In this document: positions 34,872 to 44,442 of the stretch, in pieces
Position numbering within the stretch: the first letter of the stretch is position 1
How the letters are laid out: each line of letters begins with the position of its first letter
Virus record (IMG/VR): IMGVR_UViG_3300022746_000019
Location: 1-64,000 of that record
Strand: one strand, 5' to 3'
Length of the DNA: 64,000 bases
Origin: a virus
Notes under the pieces: generated by a model
The model's database searches: none
What the model saw: only the letters and a program-made list of their open reading frames with translations
Told to the model about the DNA's origin: nothing
Translations under genes and position numbers: made by a program

Positions 34872-35101
34872 GCCTGCTCACCATCCATAATTCTAATAGT
34901 GGCGCACGGGTACGGCGTATCGCACACAATGCAATTTTTAATCCAAACCGGCCCAATTTGGTGAATCTTTCTAATACGCTCAAGTTTGTTAACTTGCTCG
35001 TGGAAATGATCCAACGCCTCTAACCTCAAATCCTGCTCTTCTTCTGGCAACCACCTGCGGACGCCAGAGACGACTAAACTCCACGCTCTCCTAGTATCCA
35101 T
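34868..35101 (-). CDS. RVRxLH/CxxC/YPCxT family protein
   Basis: ERIRKIH...CIVC..YPCATIRIMDGEQ. Confidence 0.65.
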   Translation of the reverse strand: MDTRRAWSLVVSGVRRWLPEEEQDLRLEALDHFHEQVNKLERIRKIHQIGPVWIKNCIVCDTPYPCATIRIMDGEQA

Positions 35102-35279
35102 ACCTTCTCCTAGTCTAGGTCTGTGCCAAAATCAATGGGTGGCTTGATGGGCTCCCACAGTTTGAATACATCGTAATCAAGTATCGACCTTTTCAGCATA
35201 TACCGAGTGTCGCACTCAGAGCAAACCCAGGTGTCACCCAACTTGCGCAGGAATACTCTGGGTACATCGCATACGTGTG

Positions 35280-36290
35280 TCATTTGGCCCTAAATTCCTG
35301 ACCGCCGTAGACAGCTGCTCCATCCATGATGTGAATCAACTCCACTCGGAATGAACCAGATGGCTTGTACCAGACGACGCCAATCCCCTGCTGCCAGTTT
35401 TCAAACTGAGTAATTGGCTTCTCATCTAGATTGATTCCGCCCTTGTAAGAGGGCACGGTGCCATCTACGCGGCACAGACATCCCGGGCTAATTGCACCAT
35501 TCATGACAGGGCCGTCAATGGTGGAGTGGGTCTTGTACGCCTGCTCAAGCCGGTGGCTGTGCCCAAACAGGGTCGTCTGCATTGGGTTCTGGTTAATGTA
35601 TTGGTAGGCAGTCGATCCGTTGGACCGGGCATTGGTGCCGTGGACGGCAATCAGCCGATTGTTCAAGTAATAACGGCTTGCTGGGTATCCTGAGGCGTAG
35701 GTAATGTTCAAATCATCGAACCGCATAAGGTGGGGGAGGCTGGTTACCGGGAACGCGTCTTCTCCAACGCGTCGCATATTGGATGCCGCGGGTGCGCGGT
35801 TCTTAAGGTACTTCTCAATCCGGCAGTCGTGGTTTCCTTCAAGGAACACGATGTCAGCGTTTGGGGCAATTGCTCGCTGAGCTGCAAAGAAATCGTGACC
35901 GGCCTTCAGGGTCTCGTTAACCGTGTTGAAAAACGAGTTCTCTTGTTCGTACTTTCCAAACATCGGCAAATCCATAGAATCTCCGAGGTTGATTACGGCA
36001 TCCACCGTGAATTCATCTTGAAGGGCGGCAGTAATCTGCAAAGCTACGGAAATGGCATCCGCATCCGAGAATGGATCGAGGGTGCCATCCTCAAACTTCC
36101 TAAACCCAATCTGGGCATCGGGAAGCAGGACGGCGCAGTTCCACTCCGAGTCTTTTTTAACCCGTGACTTTGGCTTCTTCTTAGGCATGTCTGCCTTGGT
36201 CACTTGCGCTAAGGGGAGTGGGGCCGCGATGTTGGGGCTAGTCATCGCGGAACGAAGAATTTCAAGGAATTCTAAACTTACTTCTTGCAC
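35280..36290 (-). CDS. calcineurin-like metallophosphoesterase
   Basis: PDxQ, NLGD, GNHD, VHG, FGHSH motifs. Confidence 0.85.
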   Translation of the reverse strand: MQEVSLEFLEILRSAMTSPNIAAPLPLAQVTKADMPKKKPKSRVKKDSEWNCAVLLPDAQIGFRKFEDGTLDPFSDADAISVALQITAALQDEFTVDAVINLGDSMDLPMFGKYEQENSFFNTVNETLKAGHDFFAAQRAIAPNADIVFLEGNHDCRIEKYLKNRAPAASNMRRVGEDAFPVTSLPHLMRFDDLNITYASGYPASRYYLNNRLIAVHGTNARSNGSTAYQYINQNPMQTTLFGHSHRLEQAYKTHSTIDGPVMNGAISPGCLCRVDGTVPSYKGGINLDEKPITQFENWQQGIGVVWYKPSGSFRVELIHIMDGAAVYGGQEFRAK

Positions 36291-36511
36291 GAGCAGTACC
36301 CTCTCATGTGCATACGGAACAATGTAATCTTGAATGGAAGCGGTGAATGTTGGTTAAGGTCAGAAAACAAGGACGACAAGTTGATTGACTTATTCTCTTG
36401 CAATTTCTCAAACATGCTTTGCACCTCTTTGGGCTGGGATGACAGCCAAATATTCATGGCGCATCCTTCTCCCGAAGGTTGAGCAATGTACTGCTCTAGT
36501 ATATCAATCAT
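36278..36511 (-). CDS. hypothetical protein
   Basis: AAGGAG RBS before MIDILEQ. Confidence 0.65.
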   Translation of the reverse strand: MIDILEQYIAQPSGEGCAMNIWLSSQPKEVQSMFEKLQENKSINLSSLFSDLNQHSPLPFKITLFRMHMRGYCSCKK

Positions 36512-36576
36512 GGGCACTCCTTCATGGCGCATCACGGTGTGACACACAGTACCATGACATATTCACCCTAGCAAAC

Positions 36577-36605
36577 AAAAACCCCCGCCGAAGCGGGGGT
36601 TTTTT
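36577..36605. terminator. intrinsic terminator
   Basis: AAAAACCCCCGC-CGAA-GCGGGGGTTTTTT. Confidence 0.85.
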
Positions 36606-36619
36606 GTCGCTAACTTAGG

Positions 36620-36952
36620 TCAGTCGAGATCCGTGTAACCAGCCTGGAAGTTCGGGGCGCTACGGTTGATTGCCGAGGTGAACAGGCGACCATTTGCGAG
36701 GGTCTGGCCTGCTGCCGGGTCAACGCCGCCGCCAACCTTCACACGGATGCCGTAACTAGCTCCTGCGCGGGTTGCGGAGCGGTTAGCCACTGGCTGGGTG
36801 GCAGGGTCGCCGCTCTGGGCGCCCTTCTTACCAACGGGCTTGGTGTTTGCGGAAGGGGCGCTGGATGCGTCTCGGACGGGAACGCCAGACTTAAGTGCTG
36901 CAGAATCCGTAGGCGCAATAGGCGACGGATTGTTGAAAGAATCATTCTTCAT
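36620..36952 (-). CDS. hypothetical protein
   Basis: AAGGA RBS before MKNDSF. Confidence 0.65.
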   Translation of the reverse strand: MKNDSFNNPSPIAPTDSAALKSGVPVRDASSAPSANTKPVGKKGAQSGDPATQPVANRSATRAGASYGIRVKVGGGVDPAAGQTLANGRLFTSAINRSAPNFQAGYTDLD

Positions 36953-37015
36953 GGTTTTCCTTTGGCCAAAGGGGTGGTAATACAAAAATACCACCTAATG
37001 AACAAAATATCTGGC

Positions 37016-37297
37016 TTAATTGGACTTGGCTTGAACCGTAAGCACAATTGCTGAAATTTGACCTTCTCGGCTGTCAATCGAGGCAAATCCTGGGATGCAA
37101 ACAAGATCGATTCCGCGAGGGGCGGTGTATCCGCGGGCAATTGCCACTGCCTTTACCGCCTGATTTACGGCTCCAGCGCCTACCGCCCGGAGTTTGCACG
37201 CACGGCTTTCGTAGATAGCATGGGCAATAGCCGAGGCTACGGCCTGCGGGTTGGAGCCAGCGCCTACGCGCAGGACTTGTTCTTCTGTTTCTGACAT
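37016..37297 (-). CDS. spoVS: stage V sporulation protein S family
   Basis: SNPQAVASAIA...RAVGAGAVNQAVKAVAIARGY. Confidence 0.88.
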   Translation of the reverse strand: MSETEEQVLRVGAGSNPQAVASAIAHAIYESRACKLRAVGAGAVNQAVKAVAIARGYTAPRGIDLVCIPGFASIDSREGQISAIVLTVQAKSN

Positions 37298-37367
37298 TGT
37301 GACCTCTTATTGGGACGAATGGTGTTCGGACCCTACAAGTTTGACACAATTTGTCGATAAATCGTCC

Positions 37368-37628
37368 TTAAATAGACTGCTTTTTGCCATTTTTGTACAC
37401 ATACCCCATGTCGTAACCTTCAATAATTCTGGGGGTGAGGTACGCCAAAACTTCGCGCCAATAACAGGTGTCGCAACCACAGTACAACGCGCTGGTTACT
37501 GTCTCAATTGTCTCGCCTGATTCCTGAACCCCGAGGACAAGCATGTCCATGTAGTCCGCGACACTTGCCTGAAGCTCTTGCGCCCACGCCCGGTTAGATA
37601 CTTCGGTGAAGGGAGTATCAAATGACAT
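37368..37628 (-). CDS. hypothetical protein
   Basis: CGCDTC motif; coupled. Confidence 0.65.
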   Translation of the reverse strand: MSFDTPFTEVSNRAWAQELQASVADYMDMLVLGVQESGETIETVTSALYCGCDTCYWREVLAYLTPRIIEGYDMGYVYKNGKKQSI

Positions 37629-38196
37629 GGTCGGTCCTTTCGCGGTACTTGGGATCTGACATCAGTAGGTCCACGACTTCTTTCTCGTAAGAAGTAGCGG
37701 CGTGCTTAGACGCTAATTTAGCCAATGAGTAGGCGTCAGCGGCGTTGTCGTCAAGCAGCTCAATACCCCACTTTTTATAAACATGGAGCATGACTTGGCT
37801 CTTTTTGCTGGCGTTGCCCTTACCTGTCACATACTTTTTAAGTGATGTAGGCGGGACAATGAGTGGGTATACGCCGTAGGTATTCTTTAGGTTCATCTTT
37901 ACCACCGCGCCTAATTCCCCGGCCTTGTGCGCAACTTGGGAGCCATAGGAATAACCTTCCATGGCAATGTCCAACACTTTATTACCGGCGGCCGTAATTT
38001 GCACGTGTTTCGTGGTGAGGTACTCGTAAATATCTACCAAACGGTCTACGCCTTGACCTCCAAACTGAACTACCTCTACGAAGTATGAATTATCTGAGCC
38101 GACGACGGCAAAACCAAAACCGCTGTACGACTGATCGATTCCAATTGTTACGGTTTCTCCGAGGGTTACACCTGGACCAAAGTGCTTGTATTTCAC
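37618..38196 (-). CDS. ruvC: RuvC-like Holliday junction resolvase
   Basis: IGIDQS..FG, AMEG, LKKYVTGKGNASK, DNAADA. Confidence 0.85.
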   Translation of the reverse strand: MKYKHFGPGVTLGETVTIGIDQSYSGFGFAVVGSDNSYFVEVVQFGGQGVDRLVDIYEYLTTKHVQITAAGNKVLDIAMEGYSYGSQVAHKAGELGAVVKMNLKNTYGVYPLIVPPTSLKKYVTGKGNASKKSQVMLHVYKKWGIELLDDNAADAYSLAKLASKHAATSYEKEVVDLLMSDPKYRERTDHVI

Positions 38197-38693
38197 GGGG
38201 TTGCCCAGTTTCCGCGTGAGCGTGCTGCTCCGCCCGAAGTTCGTCGGGTAAGTTCGCGGCTAATAAGGTTGGTATCACGCTCCGCGTTATTAGCCATGAC
38301 CTCAACAAGTTTCCTGTACGCGTACTTGCCTTCATGTGCATGGGTTTGGCGCATGACTTCGGGTTCCATGGCAACCTGCACTTTCAGCAAGGTAACTGTG
38401 TCTTTGCTCCCCTTAGCTCCGTTGGCCTTAAGCAGGGCCACATTCTCTTCCCAGTTCAATTCGCGCTCAGCGGCGCGCTCGTCAATGATTGCCACAGCGA
38501 GCTGCGCGGAAAGAAAGTTCCAGTACGAGGTAAAGTGAACAAAAAGTTCCATAAGCTGTTCGTCAGAAAGATCGCTCAAGTCTGACGGAAGCGCCGGTGT
38601 GTCGATATCAGATGATGTGGGAAAATGAAGCCCCTGTGCTTCTAGGGATTTAATCGTGTCCCAGTTATCTGAGTTAATCTTCAAGCTTGGCAT
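38193..38693 (-). CDS. helical protein, possibly UvsY-like recombination mediator
   Basis: GGAGG RBS; long helical ORF ending ISRELTRR, between the nuclease and RuvC. Confidence 0.5.
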   Translation of the reverse strand: MPSLKINSDNWDTIKSLEAQGLHFPTSSDIDTPALPSDLSDLSDEQLMELFVHFTSYWNFLSAQLAVAIIDERAAERELNWEENVALLKANGAKGSKDTVTLLKVQVAMEPEVMRQTHAHEGKYAYRKLVEVMANNAERDTNLISRELTRRTSGGAARSRGNWATP

Positions 38694-39567
38694 TTTCAAC
38701 CTCCAGATAGTGGTTGCATTTAGCGCAACCAGCAACGGGGTCGATATTACACGCAGGTGGGGTGCTGTTGTCAACTGCGGCGTTAATCATCTCTACGGAC
38801 TTGAACAGCTCCACAATACCGAAATCACTCTTCGGAATTACGAATTCTTTTACCTCTTGGGTAGCCTTGTTTTCGTAGATAAAAACTACTTCTTCTGGGG
38901 GATTGCTAAACCCGATAAGTTCAATCAGCTTCATGTAAATCTGCGTTTGCATAATGTGGCTATAGAAGGGGGAGTCAAACTCCGACCACATCTTCTTGAT
39001 GTCACCGTTGTGCTTGTAGAACAGGTCTGGGTTTTCCCACCGGAATGACCCTTCTCCAACAGATTTAATCTCCAGAAGCAGGTCATCACCAAGTCCCTTG
39101 ACCCAACCATCAGCATGACCGCTGATACGGAGCGGCTCATATTTTAGGGGAACCTCTTTATAAGAAGCATGAGTCCCCTCGCCGCAGGCTGTGCAGGTGT
39201 CCCCGCCCATGCCCCAGGAAATGGCGTAGCAGATGTCGCACTCCCAGAGGCCGTAGAGGTTGCCCATCTGGCCAATCCAGTCCTGCCAGCGGCCATGAAT
39301 GCGGTGACCCTCCGAGAAAACCAACAACTGCTTGAGGCTAACCTTGAACTTGGACGGCGGGGGCGGGGCGCCCTGCAGCATGTAGTACTGCGCTCGGTGG
39401 CACCAATCAGGCTTGGCCATGTCGGACGGGTGGATTACTGTATAAACTCGATCACCCGAGGCGGGTCGGGAAAGCAAGAAACGCTCCACAGAGCCGACGA
39501 CCCTAGAGTTCTTATCTCTAACATCTAGGAACTTTTTAAGCGTTCCTGTCGGCTTTTGCTTCTTCAT
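38674..39567 (-). CDS. Cas4-like PD-(D/E)XK exonuclease
   Basis: C..R, GHRIH, GHADG, LEIKS, QTQIY, terminal C..CxxC. Confidence 0.82.
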   Translation of the reverse strand: MKKQKPTGTLKKFLDVRDKNSRVVGSVERFLLSRPASGDRVYTVIHPSDMAKPDWCHRAQYYMLQGAPPPPSKFKVSLKQLLVFSEGHRIHGRWQDWIGQMGNLYGLWECDICYAISWGMGGDTCTACGEGTHASYKEVPLKYEPLRISGHADGWVKGLGDDLLLEIKSVGEGSFRWENPDLFYKHNGDIKKMWSEFDSPFYSHIMQTQIYMKLIELIGFSNPPEEVVFIYENKATQEVKEFVIPKSDFGIVELFKSVEMINAAVDNSTPPACNIDPVAGCAKCNHYLEVENAKLED

Positions 39568-39881
39568 CTCTTACCTGCCCTAACCCATTCCTCTAATGTC
39601 GAACCGCTCTTTTCGGCTTTACGCCGCAGAGCGTTGCGCTCCCGGTGGCTCATGCCACCCCAGATACCGTGCTGCTCGTCGTTCTTTTCGGCGTACAGTA
39701 GGCAATCAACTAGCGCTTGGCATTTGGGATGCCCGTCCCTGCCGAGGCAAATGTTCTTTGCTTGATCGGCAATTTTTTTGTACAAATCTTTATCCCGCGG
39801 TGGGTACCAAAGCTCTGGGTTGTAGTTGCGGCAATTTGCCTCACCACGCCAGGCCTCAGGGCCCTCGTCGTCGTAGTACAA
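39564..39881 (-). CDS. whiB: WhiB family transcription factor
   Basis: four Cys, AKxIC, GIWGG, RER. Confidence 0.9.
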   Translation of the reverse strand: MYYDDEGPEAWRGEANCRNYNPELWYPPRDKDLYKKIADQAKNICLGRDGHPKCQALVDCLLYAEKNDEQHGIWGGMSHRERNALRRKAEKSGSTLEEWVRAGKR

Positions 39882-39945
39882 AAGGTGCTCCTAGATGGTC
39901 GGTTGTTAACCTTCCTTCTCCCTAGGAGGCAGTAGTTTAGCAGCC

Positions 39946-40206
39946 TTAGTACTTATTGCGATTAGCGCTGCACCATTCGCAGGTGCACCGGCCAACCCAT
40001 ACATGGCCGTACCGTTTCCACAGCTGGCGGTCTTCTTCTGTAGCCTGCTTTTGCGGTTTACCTCGACGAACCCAGGTTTCTTCTGAGTAATCAGGTTCCA
40101 GCGGAATCTTCTTCTTTTCAACAGGCTTTTCGCATTTATGCGTCAAACCACGCCACCAAACTTTGCAGTCTGGGCACTTAACGGGGGTGTTTTCGTTTAC
40201 TGTCAC
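39946..40206 (-). CDS. hypothetical protein
   Basis: GAGGAG RBS; CPDC..H.C. Confidence 0.6.
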   Translation of the reverse strand: MTVNENTPVKCPDCKVWWRGLTHKCEKPVEKKKIPLEPDYSEETWVRRGKPQKQATEEDRQLWKRYGHVWVGRCTCEWCSANRNKY

Positions 40207-40208
40207 AA

Positions 40209-40523
40209 TTACTCCTCAAGGTTGTGCAGCAGTTCAAGGAAGTCGTTTTCTTCCAGAACCACATAGTTTTCATTGTTTAAGTGGAAACCAAATACCGGCA
40301 CTCTGCCGTCAAGAATGGCTTCCTTGACTATCTTTTCCAGCTCTACGGCCTTTAGCGTGAACTGCGACTTTCCGGTCCACTTATGCTCAATAAGGAAGTC
40401 TTTAGACCGTACATCGCCTTTGCGGCTCCAAAACGCGCCGCTGGCGGCGGTGCGCTGCCCTCCAAACGCCTTCTCAAGTCGTTTCTCGTGCTTTTGGGAC
40501 TGCTTCTGGCCTTCAGACTTCAT
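40209..40523 (-). CDS. PD-(D/E)XK resolvase-like nuclease
   Basis: HE, SGA...KGDV, LIEHK. Confidence 0.7.
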   Translation of the reverse strand: MKSEGQKQSQKHEKRLEKAFGGQRTAASGAFWSRKGDVRSKDFLIEHKWTGKSQFTLKAVELEKIVKEAILDGRVPVFGFHLNNENYVVLEENDFLELLHNLEE

Positions 40524-41575
40524 CAGTCTTCCTCAACGACATATTTAGAACCGGCCCGGACCGTCTCCAAAACTTCCTTCTCCAAAGCCTCGCGGAGATC
40601 GAGTTCTTCGCGGATAGACGCTACAAGGGCGTCTGCGCCCTGCCATTGGCGCTCTGCGTACCGGTAGTACGCTCCAGCCCTGACAATGACCTTGTTCAAA
40701 ATGCCCAACGCGACAATCTCTTTAGCGAAGTCAAAACTTCCGGGGGCTACATGGCCACCGTCAGAAAAATAGAAATCCACATAAGCAGTCTGGGACGGCG
40801 GGGCAATCTTGTTCTTAATAGTCCGGATCTTCATGGTCTGGCCGACGCGGCGCTTTTCCTGACCGCTACCTGCCTCAATCCAATCATCGCGCTTAATCTC
40901 TACGCGGGTAAAGGCCGCGTAGTCCTTGCCCTTACCACCCGGAGTAGTACGAGGGTCGCCGTACATGACGCCAACCTTATCGCGCCACTGGTTAATCATG
41001 ATTCCGATGAACGGGCGTTCATACTCTGTCAAACTGCGCTTTGAAGCGAGGCCTACCTTGCGAAAAAACTTGTTGGTGAGCATTGCGCCGCGACCAACCG
41101 TGAACTCGCCCATGTCCTTGTCGTCCTCGGCTCCTGGAACAAGCGCGGGCAGTGAGTCAATAACGACGCAGTCGACAGCCTTTGACTCAACAAAGTCAAC
41201 TACGGCGTCGTAGGCCTCTTCCATAAGGTTGGTGGACACTACGAACACGCGGTTGGTATCAACCCCGCACAATTCAGCGTAGGACGGAACCCATTGTTCT
41301 GCGGCTACCCATACGGTGGTAAATTCGGGATCGAGCGCCTGGTTAGCGGCAATAGTCTTCAATGCAAGGGCGGTCTTTCCGTTGCTGGCTTCGCCAATCA
41401 GTTCAACCCATTGGTTGGTGGGCCAGCCGCCGCCAAGAATCACATCTACAGCCAATGATCCGCTGGTGATTCGACCAATCAAATCGTCCCGGATTTCAGA
41501 CCCATTGACAACTGTGTCTGGGCCAAACTTCTTGTTGATTTTGGCAATGACTTTTGCAAGGTCAGGATTTGTCAT
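40523..41575 (-). CDS. recA: RecA recombinase
   Basis: GGGWP, GEASNGKT, VIDSL, INQ.R.KVG, TPGG, KNK.APP. Confidence 0.93.
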   Translation of the reverse strand: MTNPDLAKVIAKINKKFGPDTVVNGSEIRDDLIGRITSGSLAVDVILGGGWPTNQWVELIGEASNGKTALALKTIAANQALDPEFTTVWVAAEQWVPSYAELCGVDTNRVFVVSTNLMEEAYDAVVDFVESKAVDCVVIDSLPALVPGAEDDKDMGEFTVGRGAMLTNKFFRKVGLASKRSLTEYERPFIGIMINQWRDKVGVMYGDPRTTPGGKGKDYAAFTRVEIKRDDWIEAGSGQEKRRVGQTMKIRTIKNKIAPPSQTAYVDFYFSDGGHVAPGSFDFAKEIVALGILNKVIVRAGAYYRYAERQWQGADALVASIREELDLREALEKEVLETVRAGSKYVVEED

Positions 41576-41586
41576 GTTTACTCCGA

Positions 41587-41955
41587 TTAATCAATTCTAC
41601 CGATGATGGCGGTTGGGTTCCAACCACCAGTAGGGACCTGCTTTGCTGGCGCTGAGGCTCCACCGCCACTCCCAGTAATACCTACGGTTCCGGTGCCTGT
41701 CTGGGAAATTGGGTACCCACAGTCATAGCAACGCGGGCGGGCTTCGGGAGAAGCGCTGCCGTAATTTCCACTGCCACATCCTGGGCAACGCGATGTATTA
41801 GTAGCGCTTGCTGGAAGACGCGGCGGGGCTGCCTGCTGCTCAACAGGTGCATACTGCTGCGCTGGCTGCTGGACTGGAGGAAGGTAAGGGGCTTGTGGCG
41901 CCTGAGTGGCTGGAGGGTTAGTAAGCCTCCGTGACCACCAATCTGAGTTAGTCAT
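41587..41955 (-). CDS. Pro/Gln-rich Zn-ribbon protein
   Basis: CPGC...CYDC. Confidence 0.7.
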   Translation of the reverse strand: MTNSDWWSRRLTNPPATQAPQAPYLPPVQQPAQQYAPVEQQAAPPRLPASATNTSRCPGCGSGNYGSASPEARPRCYDCGYPISQTGTGTVGITGSGGGASAPAKQVPTGGWNPTAIIGRID

Positions 41956-42427
41956 CGAATGAATCCTTCATAGTACTTCCTACAAGACCGGGGTTCTTAA
42001 TAATCCCAATCTCCAAGGCGGCTGAAAACGCGGCGTACAAGGCTGCGTAGGACAACGAGCTGTAGACATCGCTCAACATATCAACAATCTCTTCCTTCTC
42101 AGCATCCTGCATATCAGATTCGGAAAGAAAAATGTTCTTGCTGACCTCCATCGTGGCTTTGGCATTGATTTCTGACATCAAGGTGATGAAGTCAAGGTAA
42201 GGATCGACGCGTTCGCGGCGAATCTCGCTAGCCATGAGCTCGGTAGTTTCTCCCTCAGAACTTGCCGGAAGGAGCCCGAAAGCTTTTGCAACAGTCTCTG
42301 GTGATGAAACCTCGGTATCATAAAGGTACCAACGGGCAATAGTTGCAACAGAAACTGCCGTGTAATCAACTTTCTTAGCCGGCTCGGTCTTGCCCCAAAA
42401 CTTCCACTTCACTTTGCTTCTCCCCAT
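41948..42427 (-). CDS. hypothetical protein
   Basis: coupled ORF; start uncertain. Confidence 0.65.
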   Translation of the reverse strand: MGRSKVKWKFWGKTEPAKKVDYTAVSVATIARWYLYDTEVSSPETVAKAFGLLPASSEGETTELMASEIRRERVDPYLDFITLMSEINAKATMEVSKNIFLSESDMQDAEKEEIVDMLSDVYSSLSYAALYAAFSAALEIGIIKNPGLVGSTMKDSFDD

Positions 42428-44388
42428 CGCTGAACAATCTTTACATCTGCCACAAGCGGAACGCTGAGCACATCAATTCCTTCCATAGCGGTTCTAATGG
42501 CTTCAGCGGTTTCCTCAGCCACATGGTCTGGTGCAAGGGTGACAATTTCGTCATGCACAGTGAGAATCATCCTAGCATCTTCTGGAATCATCTTATGCGC
42601 CCGCACCATGGCAATCTTAATAATGTCGGCTGCCGTACCCTGGATGCGGGTGTTGAACGCCTGCCGTTCTGCGGATGCCTTTAGTTGGGTATCCGACGAA
42701 GTGATGTCTGGGAGATACCGGCGCCTGCCGGTGATTGTGTTAACAAACGCGGGCTTTCGGTTGCGGGTAACAGTGAGCACCTTGCTGCGGTACTTATTTA
42801 CCGCCTGAAACTCTCGGCTGAACTTGGTCAGGAGCTCCTTGGCTTCGGTTGTGGAGCAACCAATCTGACGGGCAATCTTGTCTGGTCCCACGCCGTAGGC
42901 CATGGACAGAACTAGGACTTTGCCGGCTTTTCGGTCAACTCCCACGGTGTCGCCCACGGTGGTGTAAATGTCTCGACCTTCAAGGTAGTTAGCCACCATG
43001 ATAGGGTCTTGGGAGAGCGACGCAATAACTCTAGGTTCAATCTGTGAGTAGTCCGCGACAATAAGTTTGTAGCCTTCAGGCGCGTAGAACAGGTTACGGA
43101 TAGCCTTCCCGTGAGCCGTGCTAGGAGATGGTACATTCTGAAGATTAGGGTTGCGGCTGCTGAAGCGGCCCGTTTCCGCACCATGCTGAACAAAGTCACA
43201 GTGAATCCTTCCGTTAATAAGCAGGCTGTCCTTGTGCTCAATCTTCGACTTACCGCTGCTAGTCCGGACAACATCGCCTCCCAGATAGGGGACGACATAG
43301 GTTCCGTGCAACTTGTTCAAGTCTGCGTACTTGAGAAGGGCGTCTACTAGAGGGTCTTGGTTCTTGTAGGCCTCTAGGGCTTCTGCGGACACCGAATAAT
43401 CAGACAGGCTCAATGCTTGGCCGGCCTTGTCCTTCTCGTAGCCCTTATTAGTGAGCAGTTTTGGCTTAAGGCCTCTACCGCCCGCATCCTTTGAGGAGTA
43501 AAGCAAATCCTGCTTCTCGGCGTTGGAATTGATGTTGAACACGCGACCAGCAATGCGGTAAATATCCGCCCTAGCCTGCTCAATCTCCTTCTCCAAGTTC
43601 TCGCTGAGCAACCCGAGAGACTCGGTGTCTATGGGAGCTCCTGTGAGTTTCATATCGCACAGAACCTCAAGCACATCCATCTCTAGGTTGAATACTCGAT
43701 CCAGCTCGTACTGCTCAATCTTGGGGGCGAGGACCTTCCACAGAAGGAAGGTGTACTTGGAGTCAAGGTAGGCGTACTTGGCGACTTCGTTGAACGAATA
43801 GACCTCGACCTCTTTGCCGACTCCCTTCGCCATTTCGTAGCCAAACTCGCGCTTCAAACAATCGGCAAGGCCGCACTTGTTCTTGTTGCGGTTGTCCGTA
43901 ATGAACGACGCAATCATGGTGTCAAAGTAAGGACCGACCGGAACACGGCCTCCGTAGTACTTTGCCACGGAGGTGAGATCAAACAACAAGTTGTGACCAA
44001 TGGTCAGAATCTCGCTGTTGAACATCAGGGGCTCAAGTACGGCAAATACTTCCCCTGGGAACAATTGGGCGGGCGGATCAGAAAAGACCTTGGTGGCCTT
44101 CTTGATGTCCCTAGAGTAATCGAACTCACGGGCCTTCAAACCTTTGTCAACGCGAGCCTGACCTTGGCCAGTAAGAGGGTAAACGACATCAAGGAGTTCG
44201 CCGTTTGGGTGTCCCATAGGAATTACATCACAGCGGCCATGAGTAGCTAGGGTAATCCACAAGACCTCATTCACCGGGGTATCGCCGCGCCGGTCTCCTA
44301 CGGTTTCAACATCGTAGGCAAATGCGTCTTGAGTAAGATAAAACGCAACCATGTCTTCAAGTTGCTGCTTAGTAGTAATTATGTTCAT
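42409..44388 (-). CDS. polA: family A DNA polymerase with 3'-5' exonuclease
   Basis: YDVET, TGRFSS.NPNLQN, DYSQIEPR, K...YG, IQGTAAD, VHDE. Confidence 0.93.
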   Translation of the reverse strand: MNIITTKQQLEDMVAFYLTQDAFAYDVETVGDRRGDTPVNEVLWITLATHGRCDVIPMGHPNGELLDVVYPLTGQGQARVDKGLKAREFDYSRDIKKATKVFSDPPAQLFPGEVFAVLEPLMFNSEILTIGHNLLFDLTSVAKYYGGRVPVGPYFDTMIASFITDNRNKNKCGLADCLKREFGYEMAKGVGKEVEVYSFNEVAKYAYLDSKYTFLLWKVLAPKIEQYELDRVFNLEMDVLEVLCDMKLTGAPIDTESLGLLSENLEKEIEQARADIYRIAGRVFNINSNAEKQDLLYSSKDAGGRGLKPKLLTNKGYEKDKAGQALSLSDYSVSAEALEAYKNQDPLVDALLKYADLNKLHGTYVVPYLGGDVVRTSSGKSKIEHKDSLLINGRIHCDFVQHGAETGRFSSRNPNLQNVPSPSTAHGKAIRNLFYAPEGYKLIVADYSQIEPRVIASLSQDPIMVANYLEGRDIYTTVGDTVGVDRKAGKVLVLSMAYGVGPDKIARQIGCSTTEAKELLTKFSREFQAVNKYRSKVLTVTRNRKPAFVNTITGRRRYLPDITSSDTQLKASAERQAFNTRIQGTAADIIKIAMVRAHKMIPEDARMILTVHDEIVTLAPDHVAEETAEAIRTAMEGIDVLSVPLVADVKIVQRWGEAK

Positions 44389-44442
44389 ACCGTCTCCAAA
44401 GATGCCTAGAGGCCGCTTATCACGGCCTCTAGGCTAGTTCTT

